Source: Methanothrix sp.
GTDB lineage: Archaea > Halobacteriota > Methanosarcinia > Methanotrichales > Methanotrichaceae
Reading direction: 5' to 3'
Length of the DNA: 50,057 nt
NCBI GenBank assembly: GCA_030611205.1
Contig: JAUWQF010000001.1
Coordinates: forward strand, 1 to 50,057
The notes under the pieces are model-generated. The model was not told the DNA's origin. It was given only the letters and a program-made list of their open reading frames with translations, and ran no database searches. Shown piece after piece: positions 9,701 through 18,976 of this stretch. A program made the translations under genes and the position numbers. Each line of letters starts with the position of its first letter. Positions within the stretch are counted from its first letter, which is position 1.

Positions 9701-10222
9701 GACCGGAGAGATACCCTTCAGAGGGAGAGAGAGGACATACTCGGCAAGCTCGAAAGGTATGACTTGATGAAGAAAGAGGCCTTCATGACATCTTTCAACG
9801 CCATCAACGAGAACTTCGAAGGTATCTTCAACCAGCTATCGGGCGGTGAGGGGGGGCTGATCCTTGAGGACGAAGAAGACCCCCTCGGCGGAGGTATGAC
9901 TATTCGGGCCAGACCGGCTCGCAAGTCCTTCCACCGCCTGGAGGCCATGTCCGGCGGGGAGAAGAGCCTGACGGCACTCGCTTTTATATTCGCCATACAG
10001 AAGTTCAGGCCCGCACCATTCTACGCCCTGGACGAGATCGACATGTTCCTGGACGGGGCCAACGTGGAGAAGGTAGCCAAGCTGATCAGCGACGTCTCCG
10101 AGGTCGCACAGTTCATGGTGGTCTCTCTCAGGAAGCCCATGATCCAGGAGGCTAGGTACATATTGGGCGTGACGATGCAGGAGGATAACATCTCCAGCGT
10201 GACGGGGCTGTGCCTGAGCTGA
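6704..10222 (+). CDS. smc: Chromosome segregation protein SMC
   Basis: 1172 aa. N-terminal Walker A ITGPNGSGKSN, long coiled coils, a hinge, the C-terminal signature LSGGEKSLTALAFIFA, and Walker B FYALDEIDMFLD. TTG start. Confidence 0.95.
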   Translation: MHIKEIELRNFKSFGRKVSIPLENDFIAITGPNGSGKSNIIDALLFALCLSSSRAMRAERLPDLIYKGDNGKNPDFAQVTVKFDNSCRTMPVEEDVVEISRKVKLTKDRYHSVYSFNGDTCSLSELHDILSRSGITPEGYNVVMQGDVTRIIEMNPTERRKIIDEIAGVADFDEKKRKALGELEVVRERIDRLDVILDEVSAQRLKLGEERDRAITYQAHRDEKRHQEAFLLLAKLREAEAEQASLEKETEDLLAQDELFRERYRAKKDALASLEDELKRLSSDIAHKGEDEQLEVKRKIEELKGEIEREESRIEMADREISETEVERRRIYLEMARLSEEAEALTTKIRDAGIREASLVAELEEESERLEGVRSEIAEADVEYAQLRDEMAVVKRKREDVKTEMADLMRDRDRYLDAARRRSSDQEDICNQISEYEETIRSSEREAERIKREIDQLEERGRELERNGDDLGFAMIGVRRELAEADQRLQELQVEKAKAEASLRSAREGPGFSKGVEVVRTALQKGQLEGLHGTIAELGRADNSYATALEVAAGARLQSIVAQTDEDASQAIAYLKRVRGGRVTFLPLNKMKCGRVPPDPPSLPGVVDYALNLVQFDGEFLPAFWHVFRDTLVVEDMTSARQLMGRYRMVTLEGDLVEKSGAMTGGHYRSRVSFAADEGKRLAEISGRLALAEEEREGILDRLDRVEGEISRLKRDEDELNREMSKKSFRLEETKDQTVRLDRTILEQKARLEDMEQEAAGVREQLDFLETVLEKGKNTLAGLDSKIETLEKGLEGSEIPALTSRAEEAEARIRDLERRKGVIDAEVTKEKLKEEIGSQRIDELAARKEILEDKKKDALDRKRIAGERRVENKKVMEAKREREKEIEQELHDLKGVRGKLLEDVMARQREVDSLQMESERIKARMTATSIAGDEAKARAEEIRAEIVGRGVDVTAEPPKVQTIMRKIKALERSMLELEPVNMLAIEEYGQVSDRCDFLLDRRDTLQREREDILGKLERYDLMKKEAFMTSFNAINENFEGIFNQLSGGEGGLILEDEEDPLGGGMTIRARPARKSFHRLEAMSGGEKSLTALAFIFAIQKFRPAPFYALDEIDMFLDGANVEKVAKLISDVSEVAQFMVVSLRKPMIQEARYILGVTMQEDNISSVTGLCLS

Positions 10223-10234
10223 AGGTGGTTTCTT

Positions 10235-10951
10235 ATGGTAGACGAAGGTTCTGAGCAGGATCCTGTGGAGGTTCTTCTGGATCTGGCCAAGAGTGGCGAG
10301 ATCGATGCCTGGGATATCGACCTATCGAAGGTCACGGAAAAGTTCCTGGAGCACATAGACACTCTGAAGAGCAATGACCTCCGGATCCCTGCCAGGACGC
10401 TCCTCTACGCCAGCATCCTCCTCCGCATGAAGTCGGATTTTATGGTGGAGGATGATGAGGGGGACGACGACCTGCTGGATGAATATGAGGAACCTCCAGG
10501 ATGGTTTTACAGGAAGGAGACGCTCCCCAAGCCCCCCATAAGGAGAAGGTCCAGGCGGCCGGTGACCCTGGTAGAGCTGATATCAGAGCTGAAGAACGCG
10601 GAAAGCGTTGCGAAGCGGAGAGAGGTCCGGCGGGAAAGCAGGCCCGAAGAACCTGTGGAAGCGGATATCGACAAGGCTCATGAGGAAGGCATCGAGGAGA
10701 GGATCAAGTCTCTGAAGGCGGTGATATACCAGAAGCTGGAGCGTGAGGAGAGGGTGGCCTTCACGGAGATCGGCGGCGACGTGCTCGACTACCTATCCGT
10801 CCTCTTCATGGCCAACCGGAGGGAGATCTGGCTCGAGCAGGACCGGATATTTGGCGAGCTCTACTTGAGAAGATACCCCAGTGAAGTGAGCTCAATCTAT
10901 TCGGGCGAAGGCGTCATAGAGGAGGAAGGGTTAGTTGCCGGAACTTGCTGA
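10235..10951 (+). CDS. scpA: Segregation and condensation protein A (kleisin)
   Basis: Lies immediately after smc. The N-terminus LLDLAKSGEIDAWDIDLSKVTEKFLEHI is typical of ScpA. Confidence 0.85.
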   Translation: MVDEGSEQDPVEVLLDLAKSGEIDAWDIDLSKVTEKFLEHIDTLKSNDLRIPARTLLYASILLRMKSDFMVEDDEGDDDLLDEYEEPPGWFYRKETLPKPPIRRRSRRPVTLVELISELKNAESVAKRREVRRESRPEEPVEADIDKAHEEGIEERIKSLKAVIYQKLEREERVAFTEIGGDVLDYLSVLFMANRREIWLEQDRIFGELYLRRYPSEVSSIYSGEGVIEEEGLVAGTC

Positions 10952-11972
10952 CCCGAAGGCTGTGGTGGAGGCGGCCCTCTTCGCCGCAGGGGGGGCGCTT
11001 TCTCTGGGAGAGATATCGGAAGTAGTCGGTCTGCCTCCAAGAAAGACCAAAAAGCTGATGGAAGGGCTGATCGACGAGTACGCCGACCGGGGCGGTGGTA
11101 TGGAGATTTTGGGGTTCGAGGACCGGTACGTGATGCAGGTCCGGACCAACGTGGCCAAAGAAGTGAGCCGGGTGGCACCCAGGGAGCTGGCTGCACCGCT
11201 GCTGAGGACCCTGGCCGTGATCGCCTACAACCAGCCCATCGCCCAGAGCGAGCTTGCCGGATATAGGGGCAACAAGATCTACGGTCACATCAAGGAGCTG
11301 GAGGAGAAGGGCCTGGTCCGCTCGGAGAAGAGCGGGAGGACGAAGATCCTCACCACCACGAAGAACTTTGCAGATTATTTCGGGATCGAGTTCGACGATC
11401 CCGAGTTCGTGAGGCATGCCATGACGGAGGAGACGAGGCTGGGGGTCACCCCCATGTACGAGAGCCTGGCCAGGAGGATGGGGCTGGAGTTCGTGGTGGT
11501 GAACCCTTACAAGCCGTACAGGGATGACCTGGAAAAGCTGAAAGAGATCGATCTGCTGGTGGTGGCGCCCGGCTACGCGGAACGGGTCCGAGAGCACTAC
11601 CCGGGAGATCTTCTGGAGGCGGGGGTGAGAACTTTCTCCCAGCTGAAAGATAGCGCGGAGGAGATCGCCGGTAAGGCGGGACGGATCGACGAAAAGATGA
11701 AAGAGGAGCTTTTTGCCGAGATCGACGAGCTTCTGGACAGGTACAGAGAACGAGCGCGAGGAGCGCTGCCGATCAATCCGCTCACGCCCATGATCGGAGA
11801 TATCGCCGAGGACCTGGGGATCTCCGTAGAAGGTGACGGGATCATCGCGGCGCCCGATTATGCGGAGATGGAAGCTCAGATAGAGGTGCCCACCCACCAG
11901 CCCTATGATATGGATATCCTGGAGCGGGTGAAGCAGCGGTACGAGGCCCTTCTCGATGGGTGCGGGGTCTGA
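10935..11972 (+). CDS. scpB: ScpB-like protein with a long C-terminal extension
   Basis: The N-terminal ~155 aa (VVEAALFAAGGALSLGEISEVVG..; LRTLAVIAYNQPIAQSELAGYRG) has the tandem wHTH pattern of ScpB. It overlaps scpA by 17 nt. About 190 extra C-terminal residues have no motif I recognise. Confidence 0.7.
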   Translation: MPELADPKAVVEAALFAAGGALSLGEISEVVGLPPRKTKKLMEGLIDEYADRGGGMEILGFEDRYVMQVRTNVAKEVSRVAPRELAAPLLRTLAVIAYNQPIAQSELAGYRGNKIYGHIKELEEKGLVRSEKSGRTKILTTTKNFADYFGIEFDDPEFVRHAMTEETRLGVTPMYESLARRMGLEFVVVNPYKPYRDDLEKLKEIDLLVVAPGYAERVREHYPGDLLEAGVRTFSQLKDSAEEIAGKAGRIDEKMKEELFAEIDELLDRYRERARGALPINPLTPMIGDIAEDLGISVEGDGIIAAPDYAEMEAQIEVPTHQPYDMDILERVKQRYEALLDGCGV

Positions 11973-11991
11973 ACGATATGGAGTAAGCAAG

Positions 11992-12378
11992 ATGACAGAA
12001 GATGAGTCTGTCAAGTGTCAGGGCTGCGGCTCTCGGGTACCCAGAGACGAGGGCATCGAAGAAGATGGCCTGGTGCTCTGCGAGGACTGTTACTTCGATC
12101 AGCACCAGAGGATCAAGGCCTGTGACCCATGGGGTGCGCGCTCCAAGAAGCTCCTCCGGGAGCAAGCAGGCCTCGAGGGCACCGAGGGTCTGACGGAGGA
12201 GCAGAAGAATATCTACGAGTTCGTATCTTTCCGAGGAGGCGCCACCCCGGGAGAGATCGCCGAGAAGTTCGGGCTCTCGGTGCGGGAGGTGGAGAACCAG
12301 TTCGCCATACTGAGGCACTGTGAGCTGCTGAAAGGAGAGATGCGGAACCGGAGGTTATATGTGGTGCCCTTCGAATGA
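11992..12378 (+). CDS. Zinc-ribbon plus winged-helix protein (hypothetical regulator)
   Basis: CQGCGS..17..CEDC zinc-ribbon spacing, followed by an HTH-like GATPGEIAEKFGLSVREVENQFAILRHCELL. I placed the start at the internal ATG after the scpB stop. Confidence 0.5.
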   Translation: MTEDESVKCQGCGSRVPRDEGIEEDGLVLCEDCYFDQHQRIKACDPWGARSKKLLREQAGLEGTEGLTEEQKNIYEFVSFRGGATPGEIAEKFGLSVREVENQFAILRHCELLKGEMRNRRLYVVPFE

Positions 12379-12472
12379 TAAACGCAGGGTTCAACGAACC
12401 GTCTTGATGCTCACAGCCCACCGAGCCTACGCAAACGTATTCGGCACCGACAACGACACGTGACAACTATTC

Positions 12473-12545
12473 TTTTTTATAGTATACAAAGTATAACTTT
12501 GTGTGCTCAAGTAAATGCGAGCGTAAGCGAGCATTTTCTTGTTGT
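12473..12545 (+). repeat. Copy 1 of a ~70-nt two-hairpin element (candidate structured RNA) after a T-run
   Basis: 57/65 identical to 37593-37657. Hairpin 1: 12484-12491 pairs with 12497-12504. Hairpin 2: 12513-12518 pairs with 12531-12536, enclosing GA-GC-GUAA-GC-GA. Confidence 0.7.
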
Positions 12546-12598
12546 ATATAATACACAATACCACATCCGTGTGGTATATAATGTCACATATTATATAC

Positions 12599-12639
12599 AA
12601 AAAAAAAGTAAAAAAATGTGTGTAGGCTCTCGCCTACAC
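12599..12639 (-). terminator. Candidate mcr operon terminator: stem-loop across the mcrA stop codon, then T7 and T9 runs
   Basis: An 8-bp stem spans 12620-12627/12632-12639 with loop tctc. On the minus strand it is followed by TTTTTTT-AC-TTTTTTTTT (plus-strand A-runs at 12610-12616 and 12599-12607). Confidence 0.55.
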
Positions 12640-14322
12640 TGCCGGCATTACCAGGCCTCTCTCGCCTGCTGCGCGGAACTCTCTGGCACCGCCCATGCCG
12701 TATCCCTTGCGGATGTCTTCCCATGTGAAGAGCAGCGCGGGGTTGGCGAAGGCTACCTTGATCAGCGGGTTGAGACAGTAGGCGTCTCCGCGGCCCGCGT
12801 GAGCTGCGCTGGATATGCCAGCGTACTCGCCCTGGTGACCGACGTTCATGGCGTAGTTCGGATAGTTGGGTCCTCTGATCTCCAGTGGGTTGCCCTCGTC
12901 GCCCTGGTAGCTGTAGACGTTGGTGGGACCGCACTGGTCCTGGAGGTCGTATCCGAAGAAGCCCATCCGGCCCCAGCCTTCCTTGTGGATCAGGTGGCTG
13001 AGATACCAGCCTGCAAGAGCTGCCTGGCTGTTCCCTGTGAGACAACCGCAGGTGACACCGCAGGAAGCTGCCATGATACCGGACCTCTGGGATCCACCGA
13101 AGTGGTCCTCCAGCAGGGTCGGGTAGGCCTCATACTGTTCCATGTCGTAGAGGGTGGTCTCGGTGGTCAGGTCCTTGATAACTTCCAGGGTAGCCGGAGC
13201 CTCTCCCCATCCTCCGTACTTGTCTACGCCGTAGTCGCAGCCATAGTAGGAGAAGTCGTCAAGCACATCGTTGGTGTAGGCGGCGGTCGCGTACTGGGTG
13301 AACCCAACACCACCGGACATGTAGCTGCCGAGCCAGATCTGATCGTAGAGCATGACTCCTGCGGCCACAACGTTCAGTGATATCTGTGGCGGGTCCCAGG
13401 GTTTGACCCTCTGGGTCTGGACCATGTCGGCCAGGAAGCCGAAGCTGACTCCACCGGGCTCGTTGGGTCCTCTGGCCCTCCTGGCGGGCAACATCTCGCC
13501 CATCTGGATGACCGCGGCGTGCTTCGCGGCGTAGGCCAGGTCGGCCACCGCGGCCTCACCGGCGCACATGCGGTAGGCGTCGATGAATGTCATGGAGAGC
13601 TGCATGGCGCTCCACCTGGAAGTCGTACCACCGTCACAGGTCCTGGAGACTATGGTGGGGATGTGGACAGCCTGCCAGGAAGTCTTGCCCATGGCGGCCT
13701 TGATCTCTTCGGCCTGGTCGGCGGGGAATAGCTTGTTGATGTCGATCAGGTACTGATCATCGATCTCGTCTGCCAGGTCGTCGTCACCGGTGAACATCCT
13801 GACGTTACAGTCGTCCACCAGTCCGGGGTGGGTCTCGACCATGTGCTCCTGGACCACAGCAGCGCCGGGCATGGCATGGTTCAGGATCTCCAGGTAGTTG
13901 TTGATCGTCTCAGGAGTGACCTCTTTTCCCAGCCTCTTTTCCAGCACCTCGTGGGCCATGTCAAGACCGACGAGTACGGTCCTTCTGATATCGTCCCACA
14001 TCTGCTGCATGGCAGGGTTGTTGACGAAGTGGAGGTCGTCGCCCTCGACTATGTACTCTGTGGTGGAGAGCTTGTAGGGGACGATCTGCCTCTGCCCCAT
14101 CGGGATACCACCAGCGTGTAGCATCGGGTTGTACATGGAGATGCCACGCTTGCCCTCCAGCTTCTTGGAAGCCGCCATGAACTCCTTCTTACGGTCGCTC
14201 TGAAGGACGCCCAGCTCCTTGAAGGGTGCATAATCGGTTTTCTTGCCCGTAAGGTCGAAGTCTTTTCCAAACTTCTTGTTCAGGGCCCTTACGAATAGCT
14301 TTTTAGTATGAATCTTTCCCAT
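12634..14322 (-). CDS. mcrA: Methyl-coenzyme M reductase alpha subunit
   Basis: 562 aa with hallmark segments [29 protein letters not shown] and [11 protein letters not shown]. Confidence 0.97.
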   Translation of the reverse strand: MGKIHTKKLFVRALNKKFGKDFDLTGKKTDYAPFKELGVLQSDRKKEFMAASKKLEGKRGISMYNPMLHAGGIPMGQRQIVPYKLSTTEYIVEGDDLHFVNNPAMQQMWDDIRRTVLVGLDMAHEVLEKRLGKEVTPETINNYLEILNHAMPGAAVVQEHMVETHPGLVDDCNVRMFTGDDDLADEIDDQYLIDINKLFPADQAEEIKAAMGKTSWQAVHIPTIVSRTCDGGTTSRWSAMQLSMTFIDAYRMCAGEAAVADLAYAAKHAAVIQMGEMLPARRARGPNEPGGVSFGFLADMVQTQRVKPWDPPQISLNVVAAGVMLYDQIWLGSYMSGGVGFTQYATAAYTNDVLDDFSYYGCDYGVDKYGGWGEAPATLEVIKDLTTETTLYDMEQYEAYPTLLEDHFGGSQRSGIMAASCGVTCGCLTGNSQAALAGWYLSHLIHKEGWGRMGFFGYDLQDQCGPTNVYSYQGDEGNPLEIRGPNYPNYAMNVGHQGEYAGISSAAHAGRGDAYCLNPLIKVAFANPALLFTWEDIRKGYGMGGAREFRAAGERGLVMPAV

Positions 14323-14337
14323 TTATCTCACCACCGT

Positions 14338-15105
14338 TTACTCTGGTCTGAAGCCCCATCTGCTCCTGCGCTCCCACATGTGGTGCAGGGCGATCAGTCC
14401 CTCATCGAGCTTTCTGTCGCCGATGGATCCTCCGAAGGCCACGTTGTCGTACCTGAAGATGGTGGTCCTCTTCGCTGCTTCGTCTTCGCTCATGGGTTTC
14501 CCGGCGTTGACCTTCTGGTCGATGGGGACACCTACCTGGTCCTTGTTGTAGTAGACGTTTCCGTCGTCTCCAACCTCACACCTGGCCAGCATGTCGAACA
14601 TCAGGCCGTTCTCCTCGAGCCTCAGTGAGTGGCCGTGCACGGTACAGCCCCTCATCGAAGCGAGGGCCGGACAGTACATCTCGCTGTCCATTATGGTCTT
14701 GGTGTAAGCGTCTATGTCTCTCTCTCTGGCCTCGATGATCTGTCGGCCCGAGAGGGTTCCTGGGTCGACACCCCTGCAGTTGATGGCTGCCCAGTAGGAT
14801 CGCCAATAGGGGACCGCGGGGGCGTTGTACATGGAGTCTGTGAACTGAGAGTACCTGATCCGGTCTCCTGCGGCCGCACCAGGGGTTGGCTCTACTAGCT
14901 GCCTTATGGGGCAGTCCGGCTCACCCATCTCTGCCAGTGGTGGGTGGGTGCTGGGATAGTCTGCACCAGGAGCCCTGTGACCCATGACGGCTACGATATC
15001 CATATCGGATATGTCTCGAAGCTTCTCCACGTCACCAGACATGTGCTTCCGCCTGTTAACGCCGGCAGACGTGGTGCCTGGATAATATTGTGGTGTGTAT
15101 ACCAT
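14338..15105 (-). CDS. mcrG: Methyl-coenzyme M reductase gamma subunit
   Basis: 255 aa. It begins MVYTPQYYPGTT and sits directly upstream of mcrA. Confidence 0.93.
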   Translation of the reverse strand: MVYTPQYYPGTTSAGVNRRKHMSGDVEKLRDISDMDIVAVMGHRAPGADYPSTHPPLAEMGEPDCPIRQLVEPTPGAAAGDRIRYSQFTDSMYNAPAVPYWRSYWAAINCRGVDPGTLSGRQIIEARERDIDAYTKTIMDSEMYCPALASMRGCTVHGHSLRLEENGLMFDMLARCEVGDDGNVYYNKDQVGVPIDQKVNAGKPMSEDEAAKRTTIFRYDNVAFGGSIGDRKLDEGLIALHHMWERRSRWGFRPE

Positions 15106-15135
15106 ATCTTACCATCTCCTTCTGAAAATTACATG

Positions 15136-15627
15136 TCACACTCTTTCATCAGACAGTATGGCCAGATCTCTCTCCGCCTTGGCCTTCGGATCAACCAGTC
15201 CCAGGATACGCTTGTCTTTGATATCGTCCCCGTACTTCGCATAATCGGAGATCGTTGGTTTGGTGTGGAATAGCGTTCCTTTTTTGAGTTCGAAGGGGAA
15301 GGGCAGCGTTCGCTCACATGCCGCCTTCACGCCCTCAAGATATTCCTCGTTCTCCAGCTCGAGCCAGATCCGTCCCACCTTGACCCTCAGCTCCAGGGCC
15401 TGGTCCCCCACCTCGAGGAGAAGGTCTTTGTTCTCCTCGATGGGAAGACCCCTTCCGGGACCGTAAGGGATTACTTTCGATAGGCTGGGCCCTTGGACCA
15501 TGATCCTGGTCACGCCGCCTTCTTTGTATATCTCATTGAGAACCCGCTGGGCGGTTTCCGGCCTCAGCAGCCTCCGGGGGAATATCTCTATCTGGACCGG
15601 TTCCGTGTCTGATTCATTAGCGACCAT
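15136..15627 (-). CDS. mcrD: Methyl-coenzyme M reductase operon protein D
   Basis: 163 aa. The IEIFPRRLLRPETAQRVLNEIY and VKVGRIWLELE patterns and the size fit McrD rather than the ~200-aa McrC. It lies between mcrB and mcrG. Confidence 0.8.
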   Translation of the reverse strand: MVANESDTEPVQIEIFPRRLLRPETAQRVLNEIYKEGGVTRIMVQGPSLSKVIPYGPGRGLPIEENKDLLLEVGDQALELRVKVGRIWLELENEEYLEGVKAACERTLPFPFELKKGTLFHTKPTISDYAKYGDDIKDKRILGLVDPKAKAERDLAILSDERV

Positions 15628-15641
15628 GCATTCAACCAGTT

Positions 15642-16946
15642 TTACACCGCCTCCGCAACAGAGACGATGGGCTCACTGAACTCCTTTATCCCGCCGTAGA
15701 TGGTGCCAACCAGTCCAGAGGTCATCTCTGGTGAGAACATCTGGGTGCCTGCATCAAGACACATTGCCGCAGAAACACAGGGTATGGCGAACCCTCTGGA
15801 GTGCCTGGTCACGATGTGGTTGCCGTTGAATACACCAGGTCCGCCGCCACCGTAGATGGAGTGGCTGAAGAAGGAGAACCCGACCGCGGTTCCCATGACC
15901 TTACCCCAGTCGCAACCGGGCAGGGCGGTCTCTTTCTCGATCAGGTCGTTGAAGTAGAGCAGCGTTGAGGAGACTGCCTGGCCACCTCTCAGAGCACCAC
16001 AGTTGACCATGGTCGCGGCCAGGGTCCCTGCTGCACAGTAGGCGTTCCACAGGGGGATGTCCTCTGCCTCGTACATTATGAACCCGGAGGGAAGAGTCTC
16101 GCCTGCCTTTATTACGCCGTCATCGATGGCCCTTTCGACCGTGGACTGCACGACTGTTCCGATGGTACCGGTCTTGCCGTTGGTCTTGACCATGTCATAG
16201 ACCATGTTGTTGGCGTTCAGGCCCTGGTATGCCAGGCCCAGAAGCTGGTACCTCTCGAAGATCCCGATGGCGTTGCCCATCTCGAAGTTCCCGATCTGCT
16301 CGAAGATCGAAGAGAGTGCTGCGGCGTTCATGGCGTTCTTCTTGGTGATCACGGCGATGTGGTTGGCCATGATGTTCCTCAAGGCGAAGCCGAGACCCTC
16401 ATCGTTCTGGGGGATGTTGAGAACAGAAGCTATGTTCCCGCCAGACATGGGGACCGTCTGCGGGTACTGGCCCCAGACCGAGGCGTGGACCATGGGTGCC
16501 TCGAGGTAGGTAACACCGAACTGCTGAACGAGCGCCTCTGTGGCGGCCGCTGCCGTCGCGGTCATTCCCACAACGAACTCTGCAGCGACGTCGACCCTGG
16601 CGGTGGGGATCTGGACCAAGAGCTGCTTTCCGCCGCCCATGACTTCCACGTTGGTGTCGTCGCCCTCGTCTACTTGGATGAGCTCTTTGATCTTTCCGGC
16701 GATGGCGTCGGCGTTGGCCACGACGTCATAGTCGAGTTCTCTGCCCTTGATCTGCCTGCCAGCACCGCCGACCTTGCCGGTCTTAAGGGCGTTCTCTATT
16801 CCTGCCAGGTTGACCGCAACGGTTCGCTTGGTCAGGGCAATTAGTTTTTTCATCGCTGCGTTCTTGAGGGGGCTGATCGCGTTCAGATCAACGTCACTCT
16901 TTAGAAGAACGCCGCGGTCACTGTATAGGTCTATCTTGTCAGACAC
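15642..16946 (-). CDS. mcrB: Methyl-coenzyme M reductase beta subunit
   Basis: 434 aa. It begins [12 protein letters not shown] and is the first gene of the operon. Confidence 0.93.
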   Translation of the reverse strand: MSDKIDLYSDRGVLLKSDVDLNAISPLKNAAMKKLIALTKRTVAVNLAGIENALKTGKVGGAGRQIKGRELDYDVVANADAIAGKIKELIQVDEGDDTNVEVMGGGKQLLVQIPTARVDVAAEFVVGMTATAAAATEALVQQFGVTYLEAPMVHASVWGQYPQTVPMSGGNIASVLNIPQNDEGLGFALRNIMANHIAVITKKNAMNAAALSSIFEQIGNFEMGNAIGIFERYQLLGLAYQGLNANNMVYDMVKTNGKTGTIGTVVQSTVERAIDDGVIKAGETLPSGFIMYEAEDIPLWNAYCAAGTLAATMVNCGALRGGQAVSSTLLYFNDLIEKETALPGCDWGKVMGTAVGFSFFSHSIYGGGGPGVFNGNHIVTRHSRGFAIPCVSAAMCLDAGTQMFSPEMTSGLVGTIYGGIKEFSEPIVSVAEAV

Positions 16947-17059
16947 GTTCGTCTTCCTCCTTTTACCTTTTAGCAGATAGGCCGTCGTGGAGCCATATCG
17001 CCGGAGCGAATGGTATGATGGTTAATCTAAAAGTCTTCATACCCAGCAATGTATCTCTC

Positions 17060-17112
17060 CAGTACAGCATCCTGCCCTGAGCCCTTTGTTATATAGATAC
17101 TTAAAGTTTTTG
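17060..17112 (-). promoter_or_regulatory. Candidate BRE/TATA promoter for the mcr operon
   Basis: The minus strand reads caaaaactttaagtatctatataacaaa (reverse complement of 17085-17112), about 140-165 nt upstream of the mcrB ATG. No TSS data are available. Confidence 0.3.
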
Positions 17113-17818
17113 CGCGCCAATTATTATTAACATGTTCATTATAAAAACATAACCATGTGGTGTTACCGCTGTACCATTAATTATGTTGAACCGCGCGACA
17201 TCCTGCTTCAAGACAAATGATGCAGTTTATCTTTTATATTGTGTTGTATAACAGGACAAAATAGTACATTATATGTACACGTATTTATATGATTGACGTA
17301 AGAATGCGATGGGCGGCAGGTGTTTAACATATATCCAACATATAAAGAATTTTGATAAGAATGTCGGGTGTATACAGTTCTGCTACAATGGTTGGTCGAT
17401 GATGTAGATGGTTGAAGCTAGCTCTAAAACCGAAAACATGCGATCCACTTCTGATCTATCGGCGGGCAGGCCAACCGTTTGTGATCTTCAGTTTATCTGC
17501 CCATAAAATCGTCAACTGCACGTAGTATGTGTAATCCACAAATGGGTCGCTTTCGGGCTCCGCGGTGATGCCTCATGGCTGAGTACGTCCACGTTCCAAA
17601 AACTTCCGCAATGCGTGTTCGATAACCTCGTTGGCACACCGTCCCCGACTTTGAAGACACAAAACCATATTCGATGAGTTATAATGATGTTTTTTTTTAT
17701 GTTATAGTTTTTATAATATATAATATAACGACTACATCACAATCATAGGCCGTGTCCCCTGGAGGTGTGGAGTCGAGTACCACAAAAATGTGATCGTATC
17801 AAAAGATTTTTCTATCAT

Positions 17819-18976
17819 ATGTATCTTAGATACTTGGCAACATCGCTTAATAGAACCCCCAAGGAGGGGATCACGTTGATAGGAAGAAATAGGGTTTTCA
17901 TACCGTTGTTGCTTCTCTGCATATTGATTGGAGCAAAACCCGGCCCAGTCTCCGGTGAGTCCGATGGTGGTGGTTTCATAGGAGGCGTCACCAGAGATTC
18001 CGGCGATGGCGGTTCAGTCATAGGGATGTCGAACCCTGCCGCCGATTATTGTGTTAACAAGGGATACGAACTCAGAGATGGTAGATGCTATTTTCCCGAC
18101 GGTTCGTCCTGTGAGGAGTGGGCTTTCTACAGAGGAGAGTGCAGCTACGATCCTGGACCCCTCATAGGTCCTGGCGGAGAGAACCCTGCCTCGGTCTATT
18201 GTACCGAACAAGGATATAATCTCCAGATCAAAAACGGTGTGGGACACTGCATATTCCCCGATGGATCGTCCTGTGAAGAGTGGGCTTTTTACAGGGGAGA
18301 ATGCCATTACAACCCTAAACCAAAGCCGGATCGTTACCACGAGTACTGCACCGATCAGGGGTATCGGTGGCAAGACGATGGATCCAAACATGGGATATGC
18401 GTCTTCCCCGACGGCACCCGCTGTAGTGCGGTGGCCTTCTACGACGGAAGTTGCAAGTACAACCCAAGACCACCATCGCCAACGCCCGTAACGCCAACCG
18501 CCACTTATACATGTCAGCCCCCTCTCGCATCGGACCAGGGCGCGATGCACATATACGATGTGAACGCGGCGCCACCCGGCCATGTCTACTATCAAGGGGC
18601 TGAACTATCCTGGAGCGAGTTTGGGACAACGTTTTTGGCCACCTCTCCGGCCATGTGGGTAGACACCACCTCAGGCTGGTCATGGAACGCCGTCTGCCCC
18701 ATCGGCGTCTGGATACGTGAGCTTGTGTACATCCCCGGAAACGGGGCCGTAAATGTATACGAGATATACCCCAACGGGATCATACAGAACCGCAGCCTGG
18801 GTCAATCTTCCGAGGGCTACAGGTATATCTGGTTCTATGTTGCCTCACCGGGACGTCATACGATCATGTTCACCGTCGACGAGGTGCCGAGCAACGCGAT
18901 CTTTATGGATGTGAAGGCGGACGAGAGTCCCTGCGGACCGCCTACGTCCCCTCCTTTTTCCGGGATATCCGCCTGA
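17819..18976 (+). CDS. Secreted protein with three DUF333-like Cys repeats plus a C-terminal domain of unknown function
   Basis: Signal or anchor segment VFIPLLLLCILIGA. Three repeats of YC..GY....G.C.FPDG(S/T).C..(W)AFY.G.C.Y(D/N)P. The start is uncertain (17765, 17819 or 17876). Confidence 0.7.
   Translation: MYLRYLATSLNRTPKEGITLIGRNRVFIPLLLLCILIGAKPGPVSGESDGGGFIGGVTRDSGDGGSVIGMSNPAADYCVNKGYELRDGRCYFPDGSSCEEWAFYRGECSYDPGPLIGPGGENPASVYCTEQGYNLQIKNGVGHCIFPDGSSCEEWAFYRGECHYNPKPKPDRYHEYCTDQGYRWQDDGSKHGICVFPDGTRCSAVAFYDGSCKYNPRPPSPTPVTPTATYTCQPPLASDQGAMHIYDVNAAPPGHVYYQGAELSWSEFGTTFLATSPAMWVDTTSGWSWNAVCPIGVWIRELVYIPGNGAVNVYEIYPNGIIQNRSLGQSSEGYRYIWFYVASPGRHTIMFTVDEVPSNAIFMDVKADESPCGPPTSPPFSGISA

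Noticed and set aside
15106-15135. A hidden mcrC between mcrD and mcrG
   Set aside because: The gap is only 30 nt. No frame in 15106-15700 encodes anything other than the 163-aa McrD-like protein.
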